The notes: generated by a model not told the origin, from the sequence alone. Positions 1 through 13,074 are shown, numbered from the stretch's first letter. The stretch is DNA of 64,000 nt from Faecousia sp. (GCA_045630825.1 JAZQTN010000031.1:40118-104117), one strand, 5' to 3'. Made by a program: numbers and translations.

Positions 1-313
1 GCAATGCCTTTAATGCGGATGTGTCATACCAGGGATTTGCATTGGTAACCTGAGAAATATCGTATGCACTGTACCCCTCACATCCATAACCGGAGTGATT
101 TTCAGAGTGATTTGTAGTCGGCAGAGTGGGATTAACCTGGGGTGCTTCTTTCGGAGGTAATTTCAAAAACGCGGCAACGATCAGAGCAATGCAGGCGGCA
201 ATTGCCCCTATCTTTAACCAGATACTGACTCGTCTGGTGGGCTCTTTATCTGCTGCATCTATATATTTGGGATCAATAAGTGCCATTAAGTCTAATAATT
301 CATGTCCTCTCAT
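1..313 (-). CDS. Anti-sigma-factor-like membrane protein (partial, runs off window start)
   Basis: Own translation from ATG 313: MRGHELLDLMALIDPKYIDAADKEPTRRVSIWLKIGAIAACIALIVAAFLK... (cytoplasmic N-terminus then a TM helix). ATGA overlap with the ECF sigma stop; AAGGAGG RBS upstream. Confidence 0.75.
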   Translation of the reverse strand, partial: MRGHELLDLMALIDPKYIDAADKEPTRRVSIWLKIGAIAACIALIVAAFLKLPPKEAPQVNPTLPTTNHSENHSGYGCEGYSAYDISQVTNANPWYDTSALKAL

Positions 314-870
314 AATGTGTAGCCCTCCTTGATTAATTGCTGGCGCAGCCGATTGCGGCAGCGGAAGAGGATGATTTTTGCTTTGCTTTCCGATACAGCA
401 AAGCGCTCGCTGATTTCAGCTATTGTGTCTAAGTGCCAGTACCGACGGATAAAGATGTTTCTTTTTTCATTATCCAGGTTGCTGAGGAATCTGTTTATCG
501 TGTCTTTTAGCACAATTTCATCTACTTTGCATTCTGTGTCGTTGGGTGCTGGGATGCATTGTTCCATTTCAGCACTCAGCTCTGTGATAAAGGCGCTGCG
601 CTTTAACTGACTGCGATGACGGCAACAGTTTAAAGAGATGTTTCGGGTGATTCGGGCGAGAAATGCGTAAAGATAGCTTCTTGGCGCATTGGGCGGAATG
701 GAATTCCACGCCTGCATATAGGTATCATTTTCACACTCTTCAGCGGTTGGGTAGTCATTGACAATATGATACGCAAGATCACGCAGCCGGCGACCGTATT
801 TTTCGCCTGACAGGGTGATGGCGGCTTCATCCCGCTGCAAAAACAGTTCGACAATCATACTGTCTTCCAT
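310..870 (-). CDS. ECF-family RNA polymerase sigma factor
   Basis: 186 aa with region 2 (AEECENDTYMQAW...AFLARITRN) and region 4 (IFIRRYW..TIAEIS); AAGGAG RBS. Confidence 0.9.
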   Translation of the reverse strand: MEDSMIVELFLQRDEAAITLSGEKYGRRLRDLAYHIVNDYPTAEECENDTYMQAWNSIPPNAPRSYLYAFLARITRNISLNCCRHRSQLKRSAFITELSAEMEQCIPAPNDTECKVDEIVLKDTINRFLSNLDNEKRNIFIRRYWHLDTIAEISERFAVSESKAKIILFRCRNRLRQQLIKEGYTL

Positions 871-955
871 AGGTTTTATCTCCTTTCAGTGCGTGTAAAG
901 GCCTTTCACCCAAATAAGCACCGTTTTGCGCGACTAGGTTACACATTACAAGGAA

Positions 956-984
956 ATTATAGCAAATATTTTTTATCTTTTCAA
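956..984 (-). promoter_or_regulatory. sigmaA-type promoter of the ECF sigma gene
   Basis: Minus strand reads TTGAAA-17 bp-TATAAT with an extended TG. Confidence 0.6.
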
Positions 985-1064
985 TTATGACAGCAATTTC
1001 AAGTTAGCGCAATTATACTTGTGATTGAACGCATAAATATGAAGTTTTAGCAGGAGGTATACAA

Positions 1065-1382
1065 ATGCAATTTACCAGTTTTCTGGAGAACGGGCATCTG
1101 ACGGTTGCGTTGACCGGCGAGATCGACCATCACTGTGCCAAAAACTATATCCAGTCCATCGCAGGAAAAATCGAAGCCTATACACCGGATGTATGCATTC
1201 TGGACTTTCAGGATGTTTCTTTTGTGGATTCGTCGGGAATAGCAGTGGTGATCAACGCACTTCGGTGTATGTCTCAAATTGAGGGCAAGCTGGTGCTGAC
1301 CGGTATCTGCGCCCAACCAATGCGTGTTTTCCGGGCATCCGGAATTGATAAATTAGTGGAAATCAAGGAGGCAGTAAGATGA
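1065..1382 (+). CDS. spoIIAA: Anti-sigma F factor antagonist
   Basis: STAS motifs GEIDHH and FVDSSGI; first gene of the spoIIA operon. Confidence 0.95.
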   Translation: MQFTSFLENGHLTVALTGEIDHHCAKNYIQSIAGKIEAYTPDVCILDFQDVSFVDSSGIAVVINALRCMSQIEGKLVLTGICAQPMRVFRASGIDKLVEIKEAVR

Positions 1383-1810
1383 AATTTAACAACTATATGA
1401 TTATGGAATTCCCAAGCAAATCCAGCAATGAAGCGTTCGCCCGATCTGCAGTTGCCTGCTTTGCCGCACAGATGGACCCGACTCTGGAGGAACTGGGGGA
1501 TATCCGCACTGCAGTTTCTGAAGCTGTAACAAACTGTATTGTTCACGCGTACCCAAACGAATTAGGGCTGATTATGGTGCGCTGCCGTATCCTCAAGGAT
1601 AATGTGCTGGATGTGGTGGTCAAGGATAAGGGTGTGGGCATTGCGGACATCGAGCAGGCAATGCGCCCGATGTTCACAACAGGAGGCTCCGATCGCAGTG
1701 GTATGGGCTTTACCATTATGGAAAGTTTCATGACCTCTTTCGAGATCACCTCAGCGCCGGAAAAGGGAACAACGGTACATATGCGCCGCAAGCTGAGCAG
1801 ACGCAAATGA
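1379..1810 (+). CDS. spoIIAB: Anti-sigma F factor
   Basis: NEAFARSAVA, TAVSEAVTNCIVHAY, RSGMGFTIMESFM. Confidence 0.97.
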   Translation: MKFNNYMIMEFPSKSSNEAFARSAVACFAAQMDPTLEELGDIRTAVSEAVTNCIVHAYPNELGLIMVRCRILKDNVLDVVVKDKGVGIADIEQAMRPMFTTGGSDRSGMGFTIMESFMTSFEITSAPEKGTTVHMRRKLSRRK

Positions 1811-2511
1811 CCGATCAAAAGGAATTGATCCGCCTTTCCCAAAACGGGGACAAGCAGGCGGCAGAGCAGCTGCTGACGGAAAATTCCGGCCTGATCTGGT
1901 CTGTTGCAAAGCGATTCATCGGCAGAGGGACGGACACGGAGGATCTGTATCAGTTGGGCTGCCTTGGTTTTTTGAAGGCGGTTGACGGTTTTGATTTGGA
2001 ATATGGAACGCAATTCTCTACCTATGCTGTGCCAAAAATCTCCGGCGAGATTCGTCGCTTTTTGCGCGATGACGGCGTAGTGAAGGTGTCCCGTTCCATT
2101 AAAGAGCAGGCAGCTACCATTAAGTCGATGCGCAATCAGTTAACTGCGACATTTGGACGTGAGCCCACCATCGGTGAGATATCCCAGCAAACCGGATTCT
2201 CACCTGAAGAGATCGCACTTGCTGAAACCGCAACAGCAGCTACGGAATCCATCCAACGGGAGACCGGGGATGATGGATTTACCCTTGAAAATGTGCTGAC
2301 CGACACGGAATCCGAGGAGAAGATGGTGGAAAAGATATCTCTGCGTCAAGCGATTGAACGTCTACCGGAGCAGGAGAAAATGGTGGTAACACTACGCTAT
2401 TTTCACGGACTAACCCAAGAACGGGTGGCAAGGGTCATCAATGTCAGTCAAGTGCAGGTTTCCCGCATCGAAAAGAGGGCTTTGGGCAATCTAAAAAAAC
2501 TGCTTATGTGA
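1807..2511 (+). CDS. sigF: Sporulation sigma factor F
   Basis: DLYQLGCLGFLKAVDGFD, FSTYAVPKISGEIRRFLRDDG, SQVQVSRIEK; follows spoIIAB. Confidence 0.93.
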   Translation: MTDQKELIRLSQNGDKQAAEQLLTENSGLIWSVAKRFIGRGTDTEDLYQLGCLGFLKAVDGFDLEYGTQFSTYAVPKISGEIRRFLRDDGVVKVSRSIKEQAATIKSMRNQLTATFGREPTIGEISQQTGFSPEEIALAETATAATESIQRETGDDGFTLENVLTDTESEEKMVEKISLRQAIERLPEQEKMVVTLRYFHGLTQERVARVINVSQVQVSRIEKRALGNLKKLLM

Positions 2512-2578
2512 ATATTACTACTTTACCTTTGGCGAAATTTGCGGTAAAATAGATGCATCAAAATGAGTAGGTGCAGAT

Positions 2579-4981
2579 ATGACAGAAAGCTATAACCAAA
2601 GATTTATTACGGCACGGCAAAAATATATTGCCGGTCAGTTTTCAAAACTAAATACAATGCAGCAAGAGGCCGTCCTGACTACGGATGGACCTCTGCTGTT
2701 GCTTGCAGGTGCAGGCAGTGGAAAGACCACCGTACTGATTAACCGGATTGCCAATTTGATGCGTTTTGGCTGCGCCAGCGACAGTAAAGTTGTGCCCGAT
2801 ACGGTTACTGATGAAGACGTGGAATTCCTGGAGAATTTTCCGTCTGTTCCCACTGAGTATGAGCAGCATCGGGCAGATCTTCTGTGTGCCTTGGAGCCCG
2901 CATCTCCCTGGAGCATTATCGCTATTACCTTTACCAATAAGGCAGCTAATGAGCTGAAGGATCGGCTTTCCACTATGCTTGGACCGGAGGCGCAGGATAT
3001 CTGGGCGATGACCTTCCACAGCGCCTGCTGCCGAATTTTGCGCCGGGATATTGACCGGCTGGGCTATGACCGCCACTTTACAATCTACGATACCTCTGAT
3101 TCCGAACGGATTATGAAGGATGTCATCCGGGATATGGGTCTTGACGACAAGACATTCCCGCCCAAGTATGTTCTGAACATTATCAGTAAGGAAAAGGACA
3201 AAATGGTTTCTCCCGACGATCTTTTAGAGCGGGCAGAAAGCCAGCGAGATCAGAAATATCTGCATATTGCCAAGGCTTACAAGAAGTACCAGATCCGCCT
3301 GAAGGACAATAATGCGGTGGACTTTGATGATATCATTGCACTGACAGTTCGGCTGCTGCAAGAGCACGAAGACGTGCGTAAGTATTATCAGAAAAAGTTC
3401 CGTTATGTTCTTGTAGACGAGTATCAGGACACCAACCATCTGCAGTATTTGCTTACAAGCCTGCTGGCCGGAGGTTACGAGAACATTTGCGTTGTTGGCG
3501 ACGATGACCAGAGTATTTACCGCTTCCGTGGTGCAACGATCGCCAATATTCTGGACTTTGAAAAGCAATACCGTGGTGCACGGACGATCCGTCTGGAGCA
3601 GAACTATCGTTCTACTCAGTCGATCCTTAATGCTGCAAATGCGGTGATTTCTCACAATCTAGGTCGAAAGGGCAAGCGGCTGTGGACGGCCAACGGTGCT
3701 GGTTCGCCCATTACGGTATATGAAGCAGGGGACGAGGGTGCTGAGGCAAATTTTGTCGCCGGCCAGATATTTGCCGGCTCCAAAGGTAAGGGCTTTAAGG
3801 ATTATGCGATTTTGTACCGCACCAATGCTCAGTCCAATGCATTGGAATATGCGATGAAGCGTAACGGTATCCCTTATCGGATCATTGGCGGCACCCGGTT
3901 CTTTGACCGGGCTGAAATTAAGGATATGCTATCCTATCTGTGTGTAATTCATAACCGTTCTGACGATCTGCGACTAAAGCGCATTGTCAACAACCCTCCC
4001 AGAGGGCTGGGTGCAAAAGCAATTGAAACTGCGGAACGGATGGCGGCAGCTGAGCAAGTACCGCTGTACAATGTGCTTTGCGATCCCTATTCCTATGCAT
4101 CTTTAGAAAAACCTGCCCAGAAAATGCTTCAGTTTGCAGCTATGATTGAGGGACTGCAGGAGCTTTTGGATAACGGTATGTCTTTGCCGGATTTTTATGA
4201 GGAGCTGATGATCCGTACCGGCTATGCTGATATGTTGAAGGCCAAAGAGACGGAGGAAAATATCACCCGTCTTGAGAATATCCGAGAATTGAAGTCCAGT
4301 ATTCTGACCTATGTGGAGAATGCAGAAACACCTAGTCTGGCAGGTTTTTTGGAGGAAATCTCTCTGTATACAGACATCGAGCAGTACAATGAAAGCGACG
4401 ATGCTGTGGTCATGATGACGATGCACTCCAGCAAGGGCCTTGAATTCCCACATGTATTCCTGGTGGGCTTCGAAGATGGACTTTTTCCCGGTAGCCGTAG
4501 TATCGGAGATCAGGAGGAAATGGAGGAAGAACGGCGACTGTGCTATGTCGCCATTACCCGCGCAAAGCAATCCCTGACTATTTCCCACGCCAGACAGAGA
4601 ATGCTTTATGGCCGAACCGCCGCCGGTATTCCCTCAAGATTCCTGCAGGAACTGCCGGAAGCGGATATCGTCCGAAAGGGCCAGACAGCCCCCAGAACAG
4701 GTTCTTTTGATAGCGGCTATTCAGCGTGGGACAAGCCCGCTTACAGCTATGCAAAGCCTGCTGCGAAGCCCACATATAAACCGACGGTATCTGCTGCACC
4801 TAAGGCACCGTCCCTAGAACTGAATAAGGGTGATATGGTACAACATACGGCTTTCGGCAAGGGTATGGTGCTGTCTGTGATGAAAATGGGTGGCGATGCG
4901 CTGCTGGAGATTGCATTTGACCAGATTGGCACAAAGAAACTGATGGCAAAGACCGCATCTGCCCATATGAAAAAGCTGTAA
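2579..4981 (+). CDS. pcrA: ATP-dependent DNA helicase PcrA/UvrD
   Basis: AGAGSGKT, VDEYQDTN, QNYRST, EEERRLCYVAITRA; C-terminal Tudor-like domain. Confidence 0.95.
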   Translation: MTESYNQRFITARQKYIAGQFSKLNTMQQEAVLTTDGPLLLLAGAGSGKTTVLINRIANLMRFGCASDSKVVPDTVTDEDVEFLENFPSVPTEYEQHRADLLCALEPASPWSIIAITFTNKAANELKDRLSTMLGPEAQDIWAMTFHSACCRILRRDIDRLGYDRHFTIYDTSDSERIMKDVIRDMGLDDKTFPPKYVLNIISKEKDKMVSPDDLLERAESQRDQKYLHIAKAYKKYQIRLKDNNAVDFDDIIALTVRLLQEHEDVRKYYQKKFRYVLVDEYQDTNHLQYLLTSLLAGGYENICVVGDDDQSIYRFRGATIANILDFEKQYRGARTIRLEQNYRSTQSILNAANAVISHNLGRKGKRLWTANGAGSPITVYEAGDEGAEANFVAGQIFAGSKGKGFKDYAILYRTNAQSNALEYAMKRNGIPYRIIGGTRFFDRAEIKDMLSYLCVIHNRSDDLRLKRIVNNPPRGLGAKAIETAERMAAAEQVPLYNVLCDPYSYASLEKPAQKMLQFAAMIEGLQELLDNGMSLPDFYEELMIRTGYADMLKAKETEENITRLENIRELKSSILTYVENAETPSLAGFLEEISLYTDIEQYNESDDAVVMMTMHSSKGLEFPHVFLVGFEDGLFPGSRSIGDQEEMEEERRLCYVAITRAKQSLTISHARQRMLYGRTAAGIPSRFLQELPEADIVRKGQTAPRTGSFDSGYSAWDKPAYSYAKPAAKPTYKPTVSAAPKAPSLELNKGDMVQHTAFGKGMVLSVMKMGGDALLEIAFDQIGTKKLMAKTASAHMKKL

Positions 4982-5025
4982 TTCAGGCCACATTTACGCA
5001 TAAAATTACTAGAGGAGCTGATTTT

Positions 5026-7624
<2,599 letters not shown>

Positions 7625-7635
7625 GGGAGAAAGAT

Positions 7636-8724
7636 ATGGATAAAAAACTTGGTTTTGGCTTGATGCGTCTGCCGCTGACAGACCCCAATAACAACGGCAG
7701 CGTGGACATTGAACTATTAAAAAAGATGGTGGATGCCTTTTTGGAAAGGGGCTTCACATATTTTGACACAGCCTGGATGTACTGCGACGGACAAAGTGAA
7801 CATGCTGTGAAGCAGGTGTTGACAGACCGCTACCCCAGAGATCGGTTTACAGTTACCTCCAAGTTGCCTAACGGTCCGCTGAATACGCCGGAGGATCGGG
7901 ACAAGATCTTCTATGAGCAGCTGCGCAAAACCGGATTGAACTATTTTGATTATTATCTTCTTCACGCCATCGGGGATCAGAATATTGAGCGCTTTATGCA
8001 GTTTGATTGCTTTGAATGGCTGGCAGACAAGAAAAAACAGGGCCTTGCAAAGAATATCGGTTTTTCTTTCCATGGCACTCCAAAACTGCTTGATGAATTG
8101 CTGAGCAAATATCCGCAGCTTGATGTAGTGCAGCTTATGATTAACTATCTGGATTGGGAGAGCGAAAAAGTCTGTGCTCGCCAATGCCACGAGATCGCAG
8201 TGCGCTACGGCAAGAAGATCATCATAATGGAACCTGTCCGTGGCGGTGCGTTGGCTAACGTGCCGGAGAAGGTTAAGATGATGTTTAAGAATGCGGACAG
8301 TACGCTTTCCGTTGCGTCCTGGGCTGTTCGCTTTGCAGCAAGCCTTGAAAATGTTATGATGGTATTAAGCGGTATGAGTAACCTCGACCAGGTGCTGGAT
8401 AATACCGGATATATGGGTAATTTCCTGCCGTTGTCAGAGGATGAGATGCAGATGGCTCTCCTTGCCGGTAAGATCATTAGCGGTCAGTCGGGAATTGCCT
8501 GCACTGGCTGCGCTTATTGCATTGAAAGATGTCCGAAGAACATTGCTATCCCACAGTATTTCGCTGCCTACAATGAAAAGGATAAGGCGCAGTATGATAC
8601 ATTATCTGAGAACTTTGGCAAAGCATCGGATTGCATCCAATGTGGCCAGTGTGAAAAGGCGTGCCCTCAGCTGCTTGCAATCCGTGGATACTTGAAAACG
8701 GTTGCAGAGGCCTTTGAAGATTGA
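7636..8724 (+). CDS. Aldo/keto reductase with C-terminal 4Fe-4S domain
   Basis: LGFGLMRLP, YFDTAWMY, two CxxCxxCxxxCP clusters. Confidence 0.9.
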   Translation: MDKKLGFGLMRLPLTDPNNNGSVDIELLKKMVDAFLERGFTYFDTAWMYCDGQSEHAVKQVLTDRYPRDRFTVTSKLPNGPLNTPEDRDKIFYEQLRKTGLNYFDYYLLHAIGDQNIERFMQFDCFEWLADKKKQGLAKNIGFSFHGTPKLLDELLSKYPQLDVVQLMINYLDWESEKVCARQCHEIAVRYGKKIIIMEPVRGGALANVPEKVKMMFKNADSTLSVASWAVRFAASLENVMMVLSGMSNLDQVLDNTGYMGNFLPLSEDEMQMALLAGKIISGQSGIACTGCAYCIERCPKNIAIPQYFAAYNEKDKAQYDTLSENFGKASDCIQCGQCEKACPQLLAIRGYLKTVAEAFED

Positions 8725-8735
8725 TTACATAGAAA

Positions 8736-8766
8736 GAAGACCCTCCGGTTTCCCGGAGGGTCTTTC
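8736..8766. terminator. Bidirectional intrinsic terminator
   Basis: AAGACCCTCCGG-TTTC-CCGGAGGGTCTT hairpin between convergent genes. Confidence 0.8.
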
Positions 8767-8770
8767 GTAT

Positions 8771-8977
8771 TTACAAAGAAAAATCATCCTGCTCGTACTT
8801 TTCAAAATCGATTGCTTTCGCTTTCAGAGGGATGCGCTTAATGGGGTCATATCGGAATCTGCGGCACTTACCACAGGATACAACACCTTTCTTGGCACAC
8901 AGAACCTGCGCATCCTCCAATTTAGTGCCGTAGAGACAGTAATCGCAGGAACGCTCCATTTTCTTCTTAAACAGCAT
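8771..8977 (-). CDS. Small Cys-rich hypothetical protein (68 aa)
   Basis: ATG 8977 after AAGGAGGG RBS; CDYC...C....C..C pattern. Confidence 0.75.
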   Translation of the reverse strand: MLFKKKMERSCDYCLYGTKLEDAQVLCAKKGVVSCGKCRRFRYDPIKRIPLKAKAIDFEKYEQDDFSL

Positions 8978-8999
8978 AATATCCCTCCTTTGAGGCCCA

Positions 9000-10019
9000 T
9001 TATACACTGCGAAGCGAGGAAAAGCTACTCTTTTTTTCCACATTCTGCAGAAAAATACCGGAAAGAACGGCGGCTACAGCCAATGCTACCCAAATTAGCG
9101 ATGGAATTTTTACATAAGAATCCGGTGTAAACAGGAAATACTGTGTAAGGTAAGAGAGGGTAATGCTGATTATAGATTGTAGTATTTTACCGCCTAAGTA
9201 GGTGTTTAGGGGCAGGTCTTCTGTAACAGATGCTGTTTGCAGATATACACAAATGCTGCCAAATGCAAGTAACCCGGAGCTGATAATGAAGCGAAGCCCC
9301 TCGCTGCTGACGAGATTCAGATTACAGCAACCGTTGGAAAGATCCAGAATACCTGTGATTATTACCTGTATCCAAGTTGGCAGCAACCAGAGGAACCAGC
9401 GGTCCAGAAATGCAATGATGACCCGGAATACAACTATCCATCCGCATACACAGGCCATAATTCTCAGGGCTTTTAGCAGTACGGCGGAGAGTGCCAGTTG
9501 CTGCACGGGACGCAATTTGGAGGAGTTTCTCGGCCTTCCGGGTAACAACAGGCTGACTGCGATCGCAGAGAGAATATGAATTCCCCAAAGCACCCAGCCG
9601 GCATATGGCGTACTAAATTTTGGGGCTACAATACCAAATAGAAATGCTGGTCCTGCAAGGTTGCAGAATGTGGTCATTCGCTGGGCATCAAACTTTAGCA
9701 ATGCACCGTCCAGATACGCCTGAGCAATACACTGGGCACCAGCGGGGTAACCACCCAGAACCCCTATAACGAGCAGCGACTCTGCTCCTGTAGGGATACC
9801 GCAAAGGCGTCCTAAAGGCCTAAATATGCGAATACTCTCTCCGGTAAGCGACGAAGTCAGTAATATTGAAAGTACGAAAAATGGGAATAAAGAGGGTACT
9901 ACCGTTTGTATACACAGCTGCAGCCCTTCTGAAGCACCGTAGAGCGCGGTTTTAGTATCCAGAATCAGCACAAGCAACCCTGCTATTGCCAGTATTCTTG
10001 TCCAAAATTTCTTCATCAC
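9000..10019 (-). CDS. ylbJ: Sporulation integral membrane protein YlbJ-like
   Basis: VVPSLFPFFVLS, GGYPAGA, AGPAFLFG, GILDLSNG; multi-TM. Confidence 0.8.
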   Translation of the reverse strand: MMKKFWTRILAIAGLLVLILDTKTALYGASEGLQLCIQTVVPSLFPFFVLSILLTSSLTGESIRIFRPLGRLCGIPTGAESLLVIGVLGGYPAGAQCIAQAYLDGALLKFDAQRMTTFCNLAGPAFLFGIVAPKFSTPYAGWVLWGIHILSAIAVSLLLPGRPRNSSKLRPVQQLALSAVLLKALRIMACVCGWIVVFRVIIAFLDRWFLWLLPTWIQVIITGILDLSNGCCNLNLVSSEGLRFIISSGLLAFGSICVYLQTASVTEDLPLNTYLGGKILQSIISITLSYLTQYFLFTPDSYVKIPSLIWVALAVAAVLSGIFLQNVEKKSSFSSLRSV

Positions 10020-10037
10020 AAAGTATCACCTCAAAAG

Positions 10038-10073
10038 AATCTATGCAATCGTGCGGGGGTCCATTCATATACT
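10038..10073. promoter_or_regulatory. Back-to-back sigmaE-like -10 elements for ylbJ and yqfC
   Basis: CATATACT on + (10066-10073) and CATAGATT on - (10045-10038). Both genes are mother-cell genes in B. subtilis. The -35 matches are weak. Confidence 0.4.
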
Positions 10074-10093
10074 TTTGCAAAGGAGGATGGACG

Positions 10094-10372
10094 ATGGATA
10101 AGCATTTTATGGAGCGAATCGCTGAAGCGGCTGATTTGCACGATGAGCCAATTCCGGGTTTGCCGTTGGTGGAGATCGCAGGAGATCGGCGTGTGCTCGT
10201 TGAGCATCATTGCGGCGTTACACAATACGGCAGATGTCGGATCAGTATCCGGGTGAAATTCGGATCGGTGGTAATCGTTGGTACGGGCTTGGAGCTGACG
10301 CGTATGACCGGACAGCAACTGATCGTTAACGGGAAAATAGATTGCGTACAGTTGGAAAGGAGTGGCCGGTAG
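10094..10372 (+). CDS. yqfC: YabP/YqfC family sporulation protein
   Basis: ATG 10094 after AGGAGG; LPLVEIAGDRRVLVEHHCGV; precedes yqfD. Confidence 0.85.
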   Translation: MDKHFMERIAEAADLHDEPIPGLPLVEIAGDRRVLVEHHCGVTQYGRCRISIRVKFGSVVIVGTGLELTRMTGQQLIVNGKIDCVQLERSGR

Positions 10373-11550
10373 TGGACCTTTGGAAATCTCTAGGGGGTAT
10401 GGTACAATTTAAATTGACCAGTGCGGATCCTGCTACAGCAATCTCTCAGATGATCAAGGCGGGAATTGTGGTGTATGATGCCAAACGGGAGGATGATGAC
10501 ATTGTAACAGTCTTATCTGTTAGGCGGCAGGATGTAAATCAACTACAGAAATTGTCGCAAAAAAGAGGGTATGATCTGACGCTTTCCCACCGCGCCGGCA
10601 TATACTGGGCAGTGAAGAGAATGCTGAAAAGGCCTGTGCTTGCAATTGGAGTACTGCTGTTTCTTCTTATCGCAATGTATTTGCCGACGCGAGTATTTTT
10701 CTTTGAAATTGAGGGAAATTCTACTATTCCCGGCAGGTTGATTCTGGAAAAGTGCCAACAATGCGGTATTGCGTTTGGCGTATCCCGCCGAGAGGTCAGA
10801 AGTGAGAAAATGAAGAACGCATTGTTGGAGGCGATCCCAGAACTGCAATGGGCGGGAATCAATACATCAGGATGTACTGCAATTATTAGTGTCCGTGAGC
10901 GTACACAGACACAGAAGCCGAAGGAAAATACCGGTGTCTGTAGTATTATTGCCGCCCGGGACGGAGTAGTAACAGAGTGTACGGTAACCAAAGGGAATCC
11001 GGTGTGCAAGGTGGGGCAGGCGGTGAAGGCTGGGGAAGTGCTGATTTCTGGCTACACGGACTGCGGTATTACCATTCAGGCAACACGAGCGCAAGGGGAG
11101 GTCTATGCCGCTACAAATCGGTCTGTTTCGGCAATTTCCCCGTTGGCTTGGCTATCCAGAGGCAGAAAAACGGTTTCTGAGAAAAAATATTCCGTAATTA
11201 TCGGAAAAAAACGGATAAATTTCTACAAAGGTAGTGGAATTTCGGATGCAACTTGTGATAAAATGTATTTGGAAAGCTATGTAACCTTGCCAGGTGGGTT
11301 TCGCTTGCCTATTATTGTGGTAACTGAAACCTGGATATACAGCGAACAAAGCGAGGCTATATTGTCGGAGCCTGATCTGTCGGAATTCGCTGACAGGTAT
11401 CTGCTGGAGCATATGGTTGCCGGCACAGTTGTGTCCCGCCTGGAAAGCGGTGTAGCAGAAGATGAGCTATATAAATTCCAAGGATATTATGCCTGTACTG
11501 AGATGATCGGACAGGTTCGAAGTGAGGAGACCGTAAAACCTTATGAGTAA
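10372..11550 (+). CDS. yqfD: Sporulation protein YqfD (SpoIV)
   Basis: GTG 10372 after AAGGAG; TM segment, WAGIN..G, IIAARDGVV, GEVLISG; yqfC-yqfD-phoH synteny. Confidence 0.88.
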   Translation: MDLWKSLGGMVQFKLTSADPATAISQMIKAGIVVYDAKREDDDIVTVLSVRRQDVNQLQKLSQKRGYDLTLSHRAGIYWAVKRMLKRPVLAIGVLLFLLIAMYLPTRVFFFEIEGNSTIPGRLILEKCQQCGIAFGVSRREVRSEKMKNALLEAIPELQWAGINTSGCTAIISVRERTQTQKPKENTGVCSIIAARDGVVTECTVTKGNPVCKVGQAVKAGEVLISGYTDCGITIQATRAQGEVYAATNRSVSAISPLAWLSRGRKTVSEKKYSVIIGKKRINFYKGSGISDATCDKMYLESYVTLPGGFRLPIIVVTETWIYSEQSEAILSEPDLSEFADRYLLEHMVAGTVVSRLESGVAEDELYKFQGYYACTEMIGQVRSEETVKPYE

Positions 11551-12556
11551 TATGATTGAACGGGTCGTAAATGCAGAACGGGTGGAAGACCTGATTGCTG
11601 TATTCGGCTCATTTGATGAGAATATTAAGCGAATTGAGGAAGCCCTTGGGGTTTCGATCGTCAACAGAGGAACAGAGCTGAAAGTCAGCGGCGATGCAGA
11701 AGCAGCTGATAAGGCTGCCCGCACACTGGAGAGCCTGCTGTCTCTTGCGGCTAAGGGCGAGACCATTGACGAACAGCGGGTGCGTTACCTGATCACGCTT
11801 GTTCAGGATGGCAACGAAGCATTGGTCGCAAAGATGGCTAAAGATGTGGTCTGTATTACCGCCAAGGGTAAACCAATCAAGGCGAAAACCGTTGGTCAGC
11901 AGGACTATATGAAAGCCATTCAGAACAACACCGTTACTATTGGTGTTGGCCCAGCAGGTACCGGCAAGACCTATCTTGCTGTTGCTGCCGCGGTTGCAGC
12001 ATTTCGTGAGCGGACAGTCAATCGCATTATTTTGACTCGCCCTGCAGTGGAGGCCGGTGAGCGGCTTGGATTCCTGCCCGGCGATCTTCAAAACAAGGTC
12101 GACCCATATCTGCGCCCTCTTTATGACGCACTGTACGATATGCTGGGAGCAGAAACTTTCCAGAAGTATCAGGAGCGGGGCTCTATCGAAGTAGCACCAC
12201 TGGCGTATATGAGAGGCCGCACACTGGATGATAGCTTCATTATTCTGGACGAGGCGCAGAATACCACCCGGGAGCAGATGAAGATGTTCCTGACCCGTTT
12301 GGGTTTTGGTTCAAAAATTGTCATCACCGGTGATATAACGCAGATCGACCTGCCGGACGATAAGATCTCCGGTCTTAAGGATGCCGTGCGCGTTTTGGAG
12401 GGTGTTAAGGATATTGCTGTGTGCAAACTGACATCCGCCGATGTTGTCCGCCACGCTCTGGTTCAGCAGATCATCAACGCCTACGAAAAGGCAGAAAAGA
12501 AGAAGGAAGAGCAGAAAAACACTAAGAATTATCCAAACAGCCAGAGGAAGAAATAA
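11543..12556 (+). CDS. phoH: PhoH-like ATPase
   Basis: GPAGTGKT, LTRPAVEAGERLGFLPG, LAYMRGRT. Confidence 0.95.
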   Translation: MSNMIERVVNAERVEDLIAVFGSFDENIKRIEEALGVSIVNRGTELKVSGDAEAADKAARTLESLLSLAAKGETIDEQRVRYLITLVQDGNEALVAKMAKDVVCITAKGKPIKAKTVGQQDYMKAIQNNTVTIGVGPAGTGKTYLAVAAAVAAFRERTVNRIILTRPAVEAGERLGFLPGDLQNKVDPYLRPLYDALYDMLGAETFQKYQERGSIEVAPLAYMRGRTLDDSFIILDEAQNTTREQMKMFLTRLGFGSKIVITGDITQIDLPDDKISGLKDAVRVLEGVKDIAVCKLTSADVVRHALVQQIINAYEKAEKKKEEQKNTKNYPNSQRKK

Positions 12557-12557
12557 T

Positions 12558-13058
12558 ATGCATACAAAGATCAATATTACCTTCGATTTCTTCACAGTAA
12601 AGCAACCTATCGTTGCATCCGTGATAAAAAAGTGCATCGAAACCACCTTGACGGCGGAGTCTGTTACTGTACCCTGCGAGATCAATGTGCTGGTTACAAA
12701 TGACAAGGGTATTCATGCTATCAACAAGGCCAGTCGGGATATTGACCGACCTACCGATGTGCTGAGCTTTCCAATGTTTACCATGATACCCGGACAGCCT
12801 CCGGAGGACTGGGAAGAATACTTGGATCCTGAGACGGGCCTTTGCCCCTTGGGCGATATGTGCATCAGCCTGGAGCGCGCGACTGCCCAGGCTAAGGAAT
12901 TCGGCCACGGCGCCCGCAGGGAGGTGGGCTATTTGACCATACATTCTGTACTGCATTTGTTGGGATATGACCATCTGGACGAAGGTGCACAGAAGAAGCA
13001 GATGCGTGCCCGGGAAGAAGCGATTGCTTCAATGATCCCGGGAATGAGCCGTGGATAA
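12558..13058 (+). CDS. ybeY: rRNA maturation endoribonuclease YbeY
   Basis: PTDVLSFP and HSVLHLLGYDH; start moved to ATG 12558. Confidence 0.95.
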   Translation: MHTKINITFDFFTVKQPIVASVIKKCIETTLTAESVTVPCEINVLVTNDKGIHAINKASRDIDRPTDVLSFPMFTMIPGQPPEDWEEYLDPETGLCPLGDMCISLERATAQAKEFGHGARREVGYLTIHSVLHLLGYDHLDEGAQKKQMRAREEAIASMIPGMSRG

Positions 13059-13074
13059 GTAGCGGAGATTGCCT

